Assembly (NCBI GenBank): GCA_964511835.1
Contig: CAZEII010000001.1
Coordinates: forward strand, 52,957 to 116,956
Reading direction: 5' to 3'
Length of the DNA: 64,000 bases
From: an uncultured Acidobacteriota bacterium
GTDB lineage: Bacteria; Acidobacteriota; Polarisedimenticolia; Polarisedimenticolales; DASRJG01
Of this stretch, positions 34,577-49,658 are shown piece after piece. The position numbers and the translations under genes were made by a program. Each line of letters starts with the position of its first letter. The first letter of the stretch is position 1. The notes below the pieces were generated by a model. It worked only from the letters and a program-made list of their open reading frames with translations, was not told the origin of the DNA and did no database searches.

Positions 34577-36517
34577 ATGACCGGATCCTGCCGCTCTCTT
34601 TTCAGGCGGATAGCCGCCGCTCTGCCGGCGGCAGTTCTGCTCCTTCCGACCTCCTTGTACTCGGCTCCGGGCGACGAGCCTCCGGCCCCGCCGTCCCTTC
34701 CCTTCTATCTCAAGGGGGTGGACCTCAACCTTCCCGCGCAGGCGGCCTTCAAGGGGTGGCCTTCCAAGGAGCTGCGGGACCGCCCCTATTGGCTCACCTG
34801 GTCGACGCTCTCGCTGCAGAGAGCCGTGGTGTTCAACCAGCCGATCTTTCTCCTGGTGACCGTCCCCTGGAACCGGGCCGCGCAGCGCATGGCGCAAGAA
34901 GTTCTCGCCGACTCGCAGGTGCTGAGCGCGCTGAACCCCGACTACGTAGCTCTGCTCGTCAGCGCCGATCGACGCCCCGACCTCTACGCCCGCTACGGCA
35001 CGGGAAACTGGCCGGCGATTTCGCTCTTGCTGCCGAACGGCGCTCCGATGCTGAGCCAGGTCAACCCACAAAAGGTCGCGTTGCCGATCACGCTGGGCCC
35101 CACCGACGTCAAGGGCGTGCTGTTCAACCTCCAGGAAGGCCGGAAATACTTCGACCTATGGCAGAACGTCCTGCAGGGCGTCTCGCAGGTTTACGAGAAG
35201 CGGGTCGATCTCGAGGAAGCCAAGCCCGGCGCCGTCGACGAGAAATCTTCCGACCCGGTGGCTCGATGGCTTCTGGGGAACCTCGACGCGAAGAACGGCG
35301 GCTTCGGCGTCGCGCCGAAATACGCGCTTCCGGGGGTGATGGAGTGGGCTTTCCTCCGCGAGGACGGCGGCCGGCCGGGCCTCGTCGACGCGGCGCGGCG
35401 AACGCTGACCAAGATGGCAGCGAGCCCCCTCCACGACGAGAAGGACGGGGGATTCCACCGGATGGCCGCGGCGCCCGACTGGGGCGGCATCCAGTACGAG
35501 AAGCTGCTGGACGGAAACGCCGACCTGATGCGCGACATGGTCTTCGCGCTGCGGGAAGAGGACGACCCTGCGCTGCGCGCGGCGCTGGCCGACACGGCCC
35601 GCTTCGTCACGACGAAGCTCGCGCGCCCATCAGGAGGCTTCTTCCTGGGCCAGATGGCCGATCCGACGTCGCTCGATGGCGGGGGGTACTGGACGTCCGC
35701 GGAGCGGGATGCGGCGAAGGCGCCGCCAGTCGACAAGCTCGTGCTCGCGGGCTCGAACGCGATGGTCGGCGCCGCGCTTCTCAGAGCGGGCGCGATTCTC
35801 TCAGACGCCGCGCTGACCAAGGCGGGGCGGGACGCTCTCGATCTCGTGCTGCAGCGCGCGGTGGTCACGGGCCGCGGAGCGGGGCACGTCATCGAGTCGC
35901 AGCCCGTCGTCGAGCGATTTCTCGTGACTCAGACCGAGGTCGCGTTCGGCCTCCTCGACGGCTACGAGTCGACCGGCGACGCGCGGTACCTGGCCGCGGC
36001 CAAGGACGTCGCGGAGTTCGTCCGGAACAACATGAAGGTCGCCGGAGAGACCGCCTACCGCGACCACCTGCCGGTCGGGCGGGAGTTCGGCCTCCTCGAC
36101 ATGCCGCTGCGGCCGATGATCGACAATGCTCGCCTGGCCCGCGTGCTCATCCGTCTCGAGGCGCAGGGTGCCCTCGACGGGGGCGGGGCCGCCGCAAAGG
36201 AAATCCTCGGCAGCTACACGGGGGACCTGGCCTCGCACGGCGTCAAGGCGGTCGCTCCGGCGCTGGCGCTCGATGAGCTGGCGACCGAGCCGCTCGTTGT
36301 GACCATCCAAGGGAAGCAGGACGATGCGAAGACCCAAGGCCTCAGGCAAGCGGCGCTCAATATTCGGCGCGGATGGGTCGTGATCCGGACCGGCGATAAA
36401 GCGTCCTCGCCGGCCGCCACGCTCGCCCTGAAGGGGACGACGCGCAAGATCAACGATCCCGCCGCCCTGGCCGGCGAGCTCAAGGTCCTCTCGGACGAGG
36501 CGATCGGAAAGCCGTGA
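34577..36517 (+). CDS. Secreted YyaL/SPATA20-like protein (thioredoxin-like DUF255 N-domain lacking the Cys pair + alpha/alpha-barrel)
   Basis: It has a signal peptide (RRIAAALPAAVLLLPTSLYSAPG). The DUF255-like segment is QPIFLLVTVPWNRAAQRM..VSADRRPDLYARYG. The barrel motifs are DEKDGGFHRMAAAPDWGGIQYEKLLDGNADL. Confidence 0.75.
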   Translation: MTGSCRSLFRRIAAALPAAVLLLPTSLYSAPGDEPPAPPSLPFYLKGVDLNLPAQAAFKGWPSKELRDRPYWLTWSTLSLQRAVVFNQPIFLLVTVPWNRAAQRMAQEVLADSQVLSALNPDYVALLVSADRRPDLYARYGTGNWPAISLLLPNGAPMLSQVNPQKVALPITLGPTDVKGVLFNLQEGRKYFDLWQNVLQGVSQVYEKRVDLEEAKPGAVDEKSSDPVARWLLGNLDAKNGGFGVAPKYALPGVMEWAFLREDGGRPGLVDAARRTLTKMAASPLHDEKDGGFHRMAAAPDWGGIQYEKLLDGNADLMRDMVFALREEDDPALRAALADTARFVTTKLARPSGGFFLGQMADPTSLDGGGYWTSAERDAAKAPPVDKLVLAGSNAMVGAALLRAGAILSDAALTKAGRDALDLVLQRAVVTGRGAGHVIESQPVVERFLVTQTEVAFGLLDGYESTGDARYLAAAKDVAEFVRNNMKVAGETAYRDHLPVGREFGLLDMPLRPMIDNARLARVLIRLEAQGALDGGGAAAKEILGSYTGDLASHGVKAVAPALALDELATEPLVVTIQGKQDDAKTQGLRQAALNIRRGWVVIRTGDKASSPAATLALKGTTRKINDPAALAGELKVLSDEAIGKP

Positions 36518-37389
36518 GCGCGATCCGCGCCGACGTCGGGGTGATTGGCGGCAGCGGGCTGTACCAGCTCGCGGGGCTGATGGACGCCCGCGAGGTCGCG
36601 GTCTCGACGCCATTCGGGGATCCCTCCGACGCGCTCTTCGTCGGAAACCTGGGAGACCGTGCCATCGCCTTTCTGGCGCGGCACGGCCGGGAGCATCGGA
36701 TCTTGCCGAGCGAGATCAACTATCGCGCGAACATCTATGCGATGAAATCGATCGGCGTCGGGAGAATCCTCTCCGCCTCGGCGGTCGGCTCGATGAAGGA
36801 GGGGATCCGGCCGCGGGACGTCGTGCTCCCCGACCAGTTCATCGACAGGACGCAGCGGCGCGTGGCGACGTTCTTCGGAGACGGCATCGCGGCCCACGTC
36901 GGCTTCGCCGATCCGGTCTGTCCGGTGACGCGGAAAGCGCTCCTCGACGCGGCTCGGGCGGTGGGTGCGACGGCTCACGATGGCGGAACCTACGTCTGCA
37001 TGGAGGGACCGGCGTTCTCGACGCGCGCGGAGTCGGCGCTTTACCGGTCGTGGGGCGTCGACGTCATCGGCATGACGAATCTCACGGAAGCGAAGCTCGC
37101 CCGAGAGGCGGAGATCTGCTACGCCACCCTCGCGCTCGTCACGGACTACGACTGCTGGCACGAGGAGGAGGAGGACGTCTCGGTCGCCGCCGTGGTCGAA
37201 AACCTGAGAGCCAATGCGGCGTTGGCCGCCTCCACCGTCCACAACGCGGTGACGGCTCTCCCGCGCGAGAGGGCGGGATGCGCCTGCGCCGAGGCGCTGC
37301 GCTACGCCATCATCACGCCTCCCGCCGCGATCGGTAGAGCCGCGCGCGCGCGCGTCGGGCTCCTGATCGACCGATATCTCCCTCGATAG
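36514..37389 (+). CDS. mtnP: S-methyl-5'-thioadenosine phosphorylase
   Basis: GTG 36514 (GTGA overlap). Motifs are IGVIGGSGLY, RHGREHRILPSEINYRANI and GMTNLTEAKLAREAE. Confidence 0.9.
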   Translation: MSAIRADVGVIGGSGLYQLAGLMDAREVAVSTPFGDPSDALFVGNLGDRAIAFLARHGREHRILPSEINYRANIYAMKSIGVGRILSASAVGSMKEGIRPRDVVLPDQFIDRTQRRVATFFGDGIAAHVGFADPVCPVTRKALLDAARAVGATAHDGGTYVCMEGPAFSTRAESALYRSWGVDVIGMTNLTEAKLAREAEICYATLALVTDYDCWHEEEEDVSVAAVVENLRANAALAASTVHNAVTALPRERAGCACAEALRYAIITPPAAIGRAARARVGLLIDRYLPR

Positions 37390-37398
37390 GAGACCCTC

Positions 37399-38310
37399 GT
37401 GTCCATCCTCGTCGTCGGCTCGGTCGCGCTCGACACCGTCAAGACCCCCTTCGGAGAAGCGCGCGACGCCCTCGGCGGCTCCGCCACGCACTTCTCGATC
37501 TCCGCCTCGTTCTGGTCGCCGGTCCGGCTCGTCGCGGTGGTCGGCGAGGATTTCAGCGCGGCGCACCGCCAGGTGCTCCTGGACCGCAAGGTCGACCTCG
37601 CGGGCCTGACGACGGCGAAGGGAAAGACGTTTCGCTGGTCGGGAGACTACGACTTCGACCTCAACAACCCCCGCACGCTCGACACGCAGCTCAACGTCTT
37701 CGCGGCATTCCGGCCGGTGATCCCGGAAGCCTGGCGCGACACGCCGGTTCTCTTCCTCGCCAACATCGATCCGGAGCTCCAGACCGAGGTGCTGGATCAG
37801 GCTTCGGGCGCGGTCCTCGTCGCCGCCGATACGATGAACTACTGGATCGCTTCGAAGCCCGAGGCCTTGAAGCGGCTCTTGCGCCGCGTGCACATCGTCC
37901 TGATCAACGACGGCGAGATCCGGCAGCTGACGGGAGAGCGCAACCTTGTCAAAGCGGTGGGCGTCGTGCGCGCCTGGGGGCCGCGCGCGGTCGTGGTGAA
38001 GCGGGGGGAGCACGGCGTGCTCGTCTTCGACGCGCAGGGCGCCTTCGGGCTTCCGGCCTACCCGCTCGACAACGTCATGGATCCGACCGGCGCGGGCGAT
38101 GCGTTCGCCGGAGGGTTTCTCGGCTACCTCGCCTCGCAGGGGGTGGATGGGCACGGCGATCTACGTCGCGCCGCGGTGGTCGGATCGGTGATGGCGTCGT
38201 ACCAGGTGGAGGAGTTTTCGCTCGATCGCCTGAAGCGGCTGACGAACGAGGAGATTCGCGAGAGGTACGGTCGCTTCCTCGACCTCACGCAGTTCAAGCC
38301 ACTTCCATAG
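37399..38310 (+). CDS. PfkB-family sugar/nucleoside kinase
   Basis: 303 aa. The ribokinase-fold signature is DPTGAGDAFAGGFLGYL, with N-terminus ILVVGSVALDTV. Confidence 0.85.
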   Translation: MSILVVGSVALDTVKTPFGEARDALGGSATHFSISASFWSPVRLVAVVGEDFSAAHRQVLLDRKVDLAGLTTAKGKTFRWSGDYDFDLNNPRTLDTQLNVFAAFRPVIPEAWRDTPVLFLANIDPELQTEVLDQASGAVLVAADTMNYWIASKPEALKRLLRRVHIVLINDGEIRQLTGERNLVKAVGVVRAWGPRAVVVKRGEHGVLVFDAQGAFGLPAYPLDNVMDPTGAGDAFAGGFLGYLASQGVDGHGDLRRAAVVGSVMASYQVEEFSLDRLKRLTNEEIRERYGRFLDLTQFKPLP

Positions 38311-38352
38311 AACTGCTATACTTCCCGCCCTCCCAACGCCAAGGGGGGCGAG

Positions 38353-38820
38353 ATGCCGCCGGTCACCGAAGGTCAGCTCGACGCCAAGGGGTTCAAGGTC
38401 GCGCTTGTCGCCTCTCGCTGGAACGAGGTCGTCACGTCGCGGCTCGTCGAAGGCGCCCTCGAAGCTCTGACCCGCCACGGCGCTGACCCGGCCAACGTGG
38501 CGCTACACAACGTTCCGGGCTCGTTCGAGCTGCCGCAGGCGGCCGCCCGGATCGCCGCCCAGAAGCGGCACGACGCCGTGATCGCCCTCGGATGCCTGGT
38601 GCGCGGCGAAACCCCCCACTTCGACGTGCTCGCGGCGGCCGCCGCGAAAGGTCTCGAGGATGCGGCGATTTCGACGGGGGTGCCGGTGATCTTCGGCGTT
38701 CTGACGTGCAACACGATGGAGCAGGCGTTCGAGCGCGCGGGCGGGAAGGCGGGGAACAAGGGATGGGATGCGGCGCTGGCCGCCATCGAGATGATCGGCC
38801 TCTACCGCCGGCTGGGCTGA
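38353..38820 (+). CDS. ribH: 6,7-dimethyl-8-ribityllumazine synthase
   Basis: 155 aa with VALVASRWNEVVTSRLVEGA and GCLVRGETPHFD motifs. Confidence 0.95.
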   Translation: MPPVTEGQLDAKGFKVALVASRWNEVVTSRLVEGALEALTRHGADPANVALHNVPGSFELPQAAARIAAQKRHDAVIALGCLVRGETPHFDVLAAAAAKGLEDAAISTGVPVIFGVLTCNTMEQAFERAGGKAGNKGWDAALAAIEMIGLYRRLG

Positions 38821-38835
38821 GGCGAAAGGGGTGCC

Positions 38836-39282
38836 GTGGGTCAGCGCCGGCGCGCTCGTGAGTGCGCACTTCAGATGCTATTCCAGCTCGACATGGCCGG
38901 CGGCGCGCCGGCGGACATCTACCCGCATTTCTGGAAGGAGCACGACGCCGAAGCCGAGGTGAGGTCGTTCGCGCAAGACCTGGTGGAAGGGGTCATGAGG
39001 GAGCGGGAGAGCCTGGACCGGATCATCAGCGGCTCGGTCGAGAACTGGCGCATCGAGCGGATGGCGGTCGTCGACCGGAACATCCTCCGCGTCGCGGTGT
39101 ACGAGTTGGCGAGGCATCCCGACACCCCTGGCGTCGTGGTGCTCGACGAGGCGATCGAGGTCGGGAAGAAGTACGGCAGCGAGCAGTCGGGCGCGTTCAT
39201 CAACGGCATCCTCGACACCATCCGCAAGCGGATCGAGAGGGGCGAGGTGCCGTGGGCGCGTCCGGACGGGAATCGAGCGTGA
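38836..39282 (+). CDS. nusB: Transcription antitermination factor NusB
   Basis: 148 aa with ARECALQMLFQLD and FINGILD motifs. Shows the classic ribH-nusB adjacency. Confidence 0.95.
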   Translation: MGQRRRARECALQMLFQLDMAGGAPADIYPHFWKEHDAEAEVRSFAQDLVEGVMRERESLDRIISGSVENWRIERMAVVDRNILRVAVYELARHPDTPGVVVLDEAIEVGKKYGSEQSGAFINGILDTIRKRIERGEVPWARPDGNRA

Positions 39283-41768
39283 GCGACTACGATGCGAGGA
39301 CGGTCGAGCCGAAGTGGCAGGCCCGTTGGGCCGACGCGAAGGTGTTCCGCGTCGCCGAGGCGGACCCGGCGCGCCGTCCGTTCTACGCGCTCGAGATGCT
39401 CCCGTACCCGTCCGGCCGCATCCACATGGGACATGTCCGGAATTACTCGATCGGCGACGCGGTCGCCCGGTTCCGCCGCATGCGCGGCGAGCAGGTGCTG
39501 CACGTCATCGGGTGGGACGCTTTCGGCCTACCGGCCGAGAACGCCGCGATCCAGAACCACGAGGAGCCGCGCGCCTGGACGCTCCGGAACATCGATACGA
39601 TGCGCTCGCAGCTCAAGCGTCTGGGGACGACCTACGACTGGACGCGCGAGGTCGCGACCTGTCTCCCCGAGTTCTACAAATGGAATCAATGGCTCTTCCT
39701 CAGGATGCTGGAGCGGGGAATCGCGTTCCGCGCGAAGCGACACCTCAATTGGTGCCCCTCGTGCGCCACCGTGCTCGCGAACGAGCAGGTGATCGCGGGC
39801 CTCTGTTGGCGCTGTGACAATCCGGTGGTCCGGCGCGAATTCGAGCAATGGTTTCTCCGGATCACGGACTACGCCCAAGAGCTTCTCGACGGACTCGACC
39901 GCCTCGACGAGTGGCCCGAGCGCGTCGTCGCGATGCAGCGGCATTGGATCGGCCGGAGCGAAGGAGCGAACGTCCGGTTCGAGGTGGACGGGCTCGGCGA
40001 ATCGATCGAGGTCTTCACAACGCGGATCGACACGATTCACGGCGCGACCTACCTCGCCGTCGCGGTCGAGCACCCGCTCCTGTCGAGGCTTGCGGCGGGG
40101 ACGAAGCAGGAGAGCGCGGTCGAAGCGTTCGTCGCGGCGCAAGAGGCGCGCTCGGTGGAGGACCGCTTCGCCGAGGCCGCCGAGAAGCAGGGAGTATTCA
40201 CCGGACGATTCGCGCTGAACCCGTTCAACGGCCAGCGGATCCCGATCTGGGCCGCCAACTTCGTCCTGACCGACGTCGGTACCGGCGCGATCATGTGCGT
40301 GCCCGCCCACGACGAGCGCGACTTCACGTTCGCGCGAACGTACGGCCTGCCCGTCCGTCCGGTGATCCGTCCGCGGGATGGCACGGAGCTCGTCGGCGCG
40401 AGCCTCGCGGCCGCGTTCGCCGACGACGGAGTCCTCCACGACTCAGGAGCGTACGACGGGCTCGAGAGCGCCGCGGCCCGCGATCGGATGAGCGGGGACG
40501 CCGAACGCCGCCGGTTCGGAGAGAAGTCGACCACCTACCGGCTCAAGGATTGGGGCATTTCGCGGCAACGGTACTGGGGCACGCCGATCCCGGTCGTCCA
40601 TTGCCCGACCTGCGGGCCGGTCCCCGTGCCCGATGCGGACCTTCCGGTCCTCTTGCCCGAGAACGCACCCCTGACCGGCGAGGGGGGCTCGCCGCTGGCC
40701 CAGGTTCCGGAGTTCGTCGACACGACCTGCCCCCGCTGCGGCGAGAAGGCCAAGCGCGACACCGACACGATGGACACGTTCGTCGATTCGAGCTGGTACT
40801 ACTTCCGGTACTGCGATCCCGCGAACCGGGAACGGCCGTTCGACTGGAAGACGCTCGCCCCTTGGTTCCCGGTCGCGCTGTACATCGGCGGCATCGAGCA
40901 CGCGACGCTCCACCTGATCTACACCCGGTTCTGGTCGATGGCGATGCGCGATCTCGGCCTGACGAACATCGGCGAGCCGATCCGGGCGCTGTTCACGCAG
41001 GGGATGGTCGTCAAGGACGGCGCCAAGATGTCGAAATCGAAGGGGAACGTCGTCGATCCGGATCACATGGTCGAGCGGTACGGCGCCGACACGACCCGGC
41101 TGTTCTCCCTATTCGCCGCCCCTCCCGAGCGCGACCTCGACTGGAGCGACGCCGGGATCGAAGGGTGCGCGCGCTTCCTCGCCCGCCTCTGGCGGATCTT
41201 CGAGAAGGCCTTGCCCTCGCTTCCCCCGAAGGGCGCTCCCATCCCGGCTTCCGCCGGAGCCGGCGCGGCTCGCGCGCTTCGCCGAAAGACCCACCACACG
41301 ATCCGCAGGGTCACCGACGACCTCGGCCCGAGGATGCACTTGAACACCCCCCTCGCGGCGATCATGGAGCTCCTGAATCTCGTCGCCCCTCTGGTGCAGT
41401 CGGAGGCGATGGGGGACGGTGAGGCGTGGGCGGCGCGCGAAGCGTTCGAGACGATCGCCCAGCTCCTCAGCCCTTTGGCCCCGCACATGGCGGAGGAGTT
41501 GTGGGAATCCCTCGGCTTTCCGCCGTTCGTGGCCACGACCGCTTGGCCGATTCCCGATCCCGCGCTCCTGGCGTCGGACGTGGTGCTGCTGGTCGTCCAG
41601 GTCAACGGCAAGGTCCGCGGGAAGCTGACGGTCCCCGCCGGCACCAGCGAGGCGGACGCCATCGTCGCCGCGCGCGGCGACGCCAGGGTCGCGGCCTACC
41701 TCGACGGGCGGGCGATCCGAAAGATCGTGTTCGTTCCCGACCGGCTTCTCAACGTGGTGCTGGGATGA
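39279..41768 (+). CDS. leuS: Leucine--tRNA ligase
   Basis: Track ORF 38862..41768. Start at GTG 39279 (GTGA overlap). The HIGH-type motif is RIHMGHVRNY, the KMSKS motif is present, and the editing domain is present. Confidence 0.97.
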   Translation: MSDYDARTVEPKWQARWADAKVFRVAEADPARRPFYALEMLPYPSGRIHMGHVRNYSIGDAVARFRRMRGEQVLHVIGWDAFGLPAENAAIQNHEEPRAWTLRNIDTMRSQLKRLGTTYDWTREVATCLPEFYKWNQWLFLRMLERGIAFRAKRHLNWCPSCATVLANEQVIAGLCWRCDNPVVRREFEQWFLRITDYAQELLDGLDRLDEWPERVVAMQRHWIGRSEGANVRFEVDGLGESIEVFTTRIDTIHGATYLAVAVEHPLLSRLAAGTKQESAVEAFVAAQEARSVEDRFAEAAEKQGVFTGRFALNPFNGQRIPIWAANFVLTDVGTGAIMCVPAHDERDFTFARTYGLPVRPVIRPRDGTELVGASLAAAFADDGVLHDSGAYDGLESAAARDRMSGDAERRRFGEKSTTYRLKDWGISRQRYWGTPIPVVHCPTCGPVPVPDADLPVLLPENAPLTGEGGSPLAQVPEFVDTTCPRCGEKAKRDTDTMDTFVDSSWYYFRYCDPANRERPFDWKTLAPWFPVALYIGGIEHATLHLIYTRFWSMAMRDLGLTNIGEPIRALFTQGMVVKDGAKMSKSKGNVVDPDHMVERYGADTTRLFSLFAAPPERDLDWSDAGIEGCARFLARLWRIFEKALPSLPPKGAPIPASAGAGAARALRRKTHHTIRRVTDDLGPRMHLNTPLAAIMELLNLVAPLVQSEAMGDGEAWAAREAFETIAQLLSPLAPHMAEELWESLGFPPFVATTAWPIPDPALLASDVVLLVVQVNGKVRGKLTVPAGTSEADAIVAARGDARVAAYLDGRAIRKIVFVPDRLLNVVLG

Positions 41769-42289
41769 GCGGCCGGACTCGCGCCGGAGCCGCCGTCCTC
41801 GCTCTGGCTGCATGCGCCAGCGGTTGCGGATACAAGCTCGCGGGAACGACGTCGTTCCTTCCCAAGAACATCAAGACGATCGCGGTGGCTCCCTTCGAGA
41901 ATCGCACCGGCCGGCCGGAGATCGAGGTCCGCACCACTGAAGCGGTGGCGCGCGAGCTCTCCCGTCATGGCGGGTACAAGATCGTCACCGACAAGTCGGC
42001 GGCGGATGCCTATCTCGAAGGAGCGGTCACCGATTTCCACACGACCCCGGTTCAGTTCAACTCGGACGGACGGGCGACGAGGCTCGAGACCTCCGTCATG
42101 CTTCGCGCAAGCCTTCGGGACCTCGCCACGGGAGAAATCCTGTGGAGCCAGTCGAGCCTGCTCTTCCGCAACCAGTACGACGTCCAGCAGGAAGAGGCGA
42201 ACTACTTCGATCTCGAGACGACGGCCCTCGACGCCTTGGCCCGCGGCGCCGCGCAGACCCTGGTCAACTCGATCACGGAGGGGTTTTGA
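41765..42289 (+). CDS. lptE: LPS-assembly lipoprotein LptE
   Basis: Track ORF 41426..42289. Start at ATG 41765 (ATGA overlap). The lipobox is LALAACASGCGYKL. It is ~174 aa and shows the conserved leuS-lptE-holA order. Confidence 0.75.
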   Translation: MSGRTRAGAAVLALAACASGCGYKLAGTTSFLPKNIKTIAVAPFENRTGRPEIEVRTTEAVARELSRHGGYKIVTDKSAADAYLEGAVTDFHTTPVQFNSDGRATRLETSVMLRASLRDLATGEILWSQSSLLFRNQYDVQQEEANYFDLETTALDALARGAAQTLVNSITEGF

Positions 42290-43353
42290 TGGCCTTCGCC
42301 GCCCGCTCCGAGGGACCTTGGGGCGGCGCCGTGCTCAAGAGCGTTCTCGCGGCCCTCTCGAAGGGGTGGCCGCCGGGGCTGACGGTTCTGACCGGTGACG
42401 ATCTCTACCACCTCGACCGCGCGCAGGCCGCGCTGCTCGACCACCTGATTCCCGATCGCAGCGATCGGTTCGCGCTCTCGATCGTGGGCGGCGACGCGCT
42501 CTCGACGATGGCGCTCGTCGGGTCGGCGCGGTCGAGCGGCATGTTCTCCTCGCGCCGCGTGGTCTTCGTTCCCGATGTCGCGGTCCTCGAAGGAGACCCC
42601 GAGCCGCTGACCGCCTACGCGTCCCATCCACCGAAGGACAGTTTCCTGATCGTCCGGGCGCCGAAGCTCGAGCGGAAGCGCAAGCTCCCCAAAGCTCTCG
42701 CGGAGGCGGGGATCTGCTTGACCTTCCGTCACCCGACGACCGATACCGCGTTCCGGGAGCTCGCGGCCGAGATGAGCTCGCTGGCCGCGTCGCACGGCAT
42801 CCCGTTGGACGGACGCGCCGGAGAGCTGCTGCTCGAGGTTTGCGGGCCCGATCTCCATCGGATCGCCAACGAGCTGGAGAAGATCGCCATCTGGCGCGGG
42901 GCCGAAGGGGGAGCCGGCGAGCCTCTCGATGCTGCGACGGTCCGGGAGTTGGTGGTCGGCGGCGGAGCGCATTCGGTTTGGGAGCTGGCGGACGCGCTGA
43001 CGGCGCGCGAGCGCGAAGCCGCCGCCGCTGCGGCGCGTCGCGTGCTGGATGCGGGGGACGAGCCCATCAGGATCTTGGGCGCTCTCGCCTCGCGGACGCG
43101 CGCTCTGCTCGCCGCCAGGGCCATGAGCGATGCGGGAAAGTCCGCGAAGGACGCCGTCGATGCCGCGCGGGCCTGGTACTACCGGGACGCGCTGACGATG
43201 GGTCTTGCGCGCTACACGCTCGCAGAAGCCCTCGCGATGCCGGGGCGGCTCCTGGCGGCCGACCGCAGCCTCAAGAGCCGGTCTCTCGACAAAGGGGCCG
43301 TGCTGGAGGGACTCGTGCTCGAGCTGACCGCGCCCGCTGAGGAGCGCCGATGA
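42289..43353 (+). CDS. holA: DNA polymerase III subunit delta
   Basis: Track ORF 42142..43353. Start at ATG 42289 shares its A with the lptE TGA. It is 354 aa with the pattern [17 protein letters not shown], in the conserved position after lptE. Confidence 0.8.
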   Translation: MAFAARSEGPWGGAVLKSVLAALSKGWPPGLTVLTGDDLYHLDRAQAALLDHLIPDRSDRFALSIVGGDALSTMALVGSARSSGMFSSRRVVFVPDVAVLEGDPEPLTAYASHPPKDSFLIVRAPKLERKRKLPKALAEAGICLTFRHPTTDTAFRELAAEMSSLAASHGIPLDGRAGELLLEVCGPDLHRIANELEKIAIWRGAEGGAGEPLDAATVRELVVGGGAHSVWELADALTAREREAAAAAARRVLDAGDEPIRILGALASRTRALLAARAMSDAGKSAKDAVDAARAWYYRDALTMGLARYTLAEALAMPGRLLAADRSLKSRSLDKGAVLEGLVLELTAPAEERR

Positions 43354-44897
43354 GCCCCTCTCACGAGCTGGTCGTCATCCTCGATTTCGGCTCGCAATAC
43401 ACCCAGCTGATCGCGCGCCGCGTCCGGGAGCTTCTCGTCTACTGCGAGGTCGTGCCGTTCCACGCGGGCGTCGAGGCCGTGCGGAGCCGCCGGGCCAAGG
43501 GAATCATCCTCTCCGGGGGCCCCGACTCGGTCTACGACGAGAAGGCGCCGAAGGTCGGGCGCGAGCTTTTCGAGACGGGCGTCCCCGTTCTCGGCATCTG
43601 CTATGGAATGCAAGTGATGATGTCGGTCCTGGGCGGGGATGTCCGGCCGGCGGCCGGTCGCGAGTACGGCCCGGCGACGGTGACGGTGACGAGCGCCGGC
43701 AGCCGCCTGTTCAAGGGGATCGGACCGGAGGAGCGGGTCTGGGCGAGCCACGGCGATGACGTCGCGGCGCCGGCCCCGGGATTCCGGACGGTCGCGTCCT
43801 CCCGGAATGCGCCGCACGCCGGTGTCGAGGACGTCGAGCGGAAGCTCTACGCCATCCAGTTCCACCCGGAGGTCAACAACACCGAACACGGGCGGGAGAT
43901 CCTGCGCAACTTCCTGTACGACGTCTGCGGCTGCCGCGGCGACTGGACGATCGCGTCGTTCGTCGAGGAGGCGGTCGCCGAGGTGCGCCGGACGGTCGGG
44001 GACGGCCGCGTCGTCTGCGCGCTCTCCGGCGGGGTCGATTCCGCCGTGATGGCGCTTCTCCTCCACCGCGCCCTGGGACCGCGCCTCACCTGCATCTTCG
44101 TCAACAACGGCGTGCTTCGGAAGGAGGAGGCGGAGCAGGTCGTGCGCGCCTTCCGCGATCGCTACAAGCTCGAGGTCCGCTACGCCGACGAGAGCGTGCG
44201 TTTCCTGTCGAAGCTCCGCGGCGTCGAAGACCCCGAGCGGAAGCGTAAGATCATCGGCGAGGAGTTCATCGCGGTCTTCGAGGAGCACGCGCGCGCCCTG
44301 GGGGAGGTCGAGTTCCTGGCTCAGGGGACGATCTACCCCGACCGGATCGAATCGGCGTCGGTGCGCGGCCCTTCGGCGACGATCAAGACGCACCACAACG
44401 TCGGCGGCCTCCCCGAAACGATGCGGCTGAAGCTCGTCGAGCCGCTCAAGGACCTCTTCAAGGACGAGGTGCGGCGCGTCGGGCTCGAGCTCGGGCTCGA
44501 CCCGGCGTTCGTGGGCCGGCACCCGTTCCCCGGTCCCGGGTTGGCCGTTCGCGTGCTCGGCGAGGTGACGGCGGCGCGCGTCGCCGTCCTTCAGGAGGCG
44601 GATGCGATCTTCCTCGCGGAGCTGCGCGCGGCCGGGCTCTACGACGCCGTCTCGCAGGCCTTCGCGGTCCTCCTCCCCGTCCGGAGCGTGGGCGTGATGG
44701 GCGACTACCGGACCTACGAGAACGTCGTCGCCCTTCGGGCGGTGACCACGCACGATTTCATGACGGCGGATTGGTCGCGGCTGCCGTACGATCTCCTCGC
44801 CAAGGTGTCGAGCCGCATTGTGAACGAAGTGCGCGGGGTCAACCGCGTGGTCTATGACGTGACGAGCAAGCCGCCGGGCACGATCGAGTGGGAGTAG
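43350..44897 (+). CDS. guaA: GMP synthase (glutamine-hydrolysing)
   Basis: 515 aa. It has a GATase domain (GICYGMQ), the ATP-PPase motif SGGVDSAV, and the C-terminal motif KPPGTIEWE. Confidence 0.97.
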   Translation: MSPSHELVVILDFGSQYTQLIARRVRELLVYCEVVPFHAGVEAVRSRRAKGIILSGGPDSVYDEKAPKVGRELFETGVPVLGICYGMQVMMSVLGGDVRPAAGREYGPATVTVTSAGSRLFKGIGPEERVWASHGDDVAAPAPGFRTVASSRNAPHAGVEDVERKLYAIQFHPEVNNTEHGREILRNFLYDVCGCRGDWTIASFVEEAVAEVRRTVGDGRVVCALSGGVDSAVMALLLHRALGPRLTCIFVNNGVLRKEEAEQVVRAFRDRYKLEVRYADESVRFLSKLRGVEDPERKRKIIGEEFIAVFEEHARALGEVEFLAQGTIYPDRIESASVRGPSATIKTHHNVGGLPETMRLKLVEPLKDLFKDEVRRVGLELGLDPAFVGRHPFPGPGLAVRVLGEVTAARVAVLQEADAIFLAELRAAGLYDAVSQAFAVLLPVRSVGVMGDYRTYENVVALRAVTTHDFMTADWSRLPYDLLAKVSSRIVNEVRGVNRVVYDVTSKPPGTIEWE

Positions 44898-44901
44898 ACG
44901 C

Positions 44902-48417
<3,516 letters not shown>

Positions 48418-48433
48418 CGCCCCCGTATGACCC

Positions 48434-48462
48434 TTGGGGAGAGTGCGCGGGGCTGCTACGAT
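48434..48462 (+). promoter_or_regulatory. Weak promoter candidate TTGGGG-N17-TACGAT upstream of metK
   Basis: It lies in the 74-nt dnaE-metK spacer. The -10 TACGAT is at 48457-48462. ATG 48492 is preceded by GGAG. Confidence 0.3.
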
Positions 48463-48491
48463 TCCGGACCCATACCCGGCCTGGAGCGATC

Positions 48492-49643
<1,152 letters not shown>

Positions 49644-49658
49644 GCGCGAGAGGCCGAG

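Noticed and set aside
34441-34578. Start of the GGDEF gene at 34578, which would give a second CATG back-to-back divergent start with the yyaL-like gene.
   Set aside because: The extra 46 aa (MSSPGLGATRRIHYLGARRERQG..) are not hydrophobic or family-like. They would also bury the good TTGACG-N17-GATAAT promoter and the palindrome inside coding sequence. The start was moved to 34440/34407.
36214-38154. 646-aa ORF on the minus strand opposite mtnP and the PfkB kinase. Similar cases are 43212..44939(-), 48456..50786(-), 54109..56325(+), 60567..62699(+), 39528..40439(-) and 45853..47322(-).
   Set aside because: All are antisense to genes with unambiguous family motifs (guaA, metK/ahcY, lptFG, rpsA, leuS, dnaE). 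Their composition is dominated by R, P, G, D, E and H. They are shadow ORFs caused by GC3-rich coding on the opposite strand.
48418-48491. Possible SAM riboswitch upstream of metK.
   Set aside because: Only 74 nt are available, part of which is promoter-like. I could not fold any SAM-I/II-type consensus by eye. A covariance-model search is needed to be certain.
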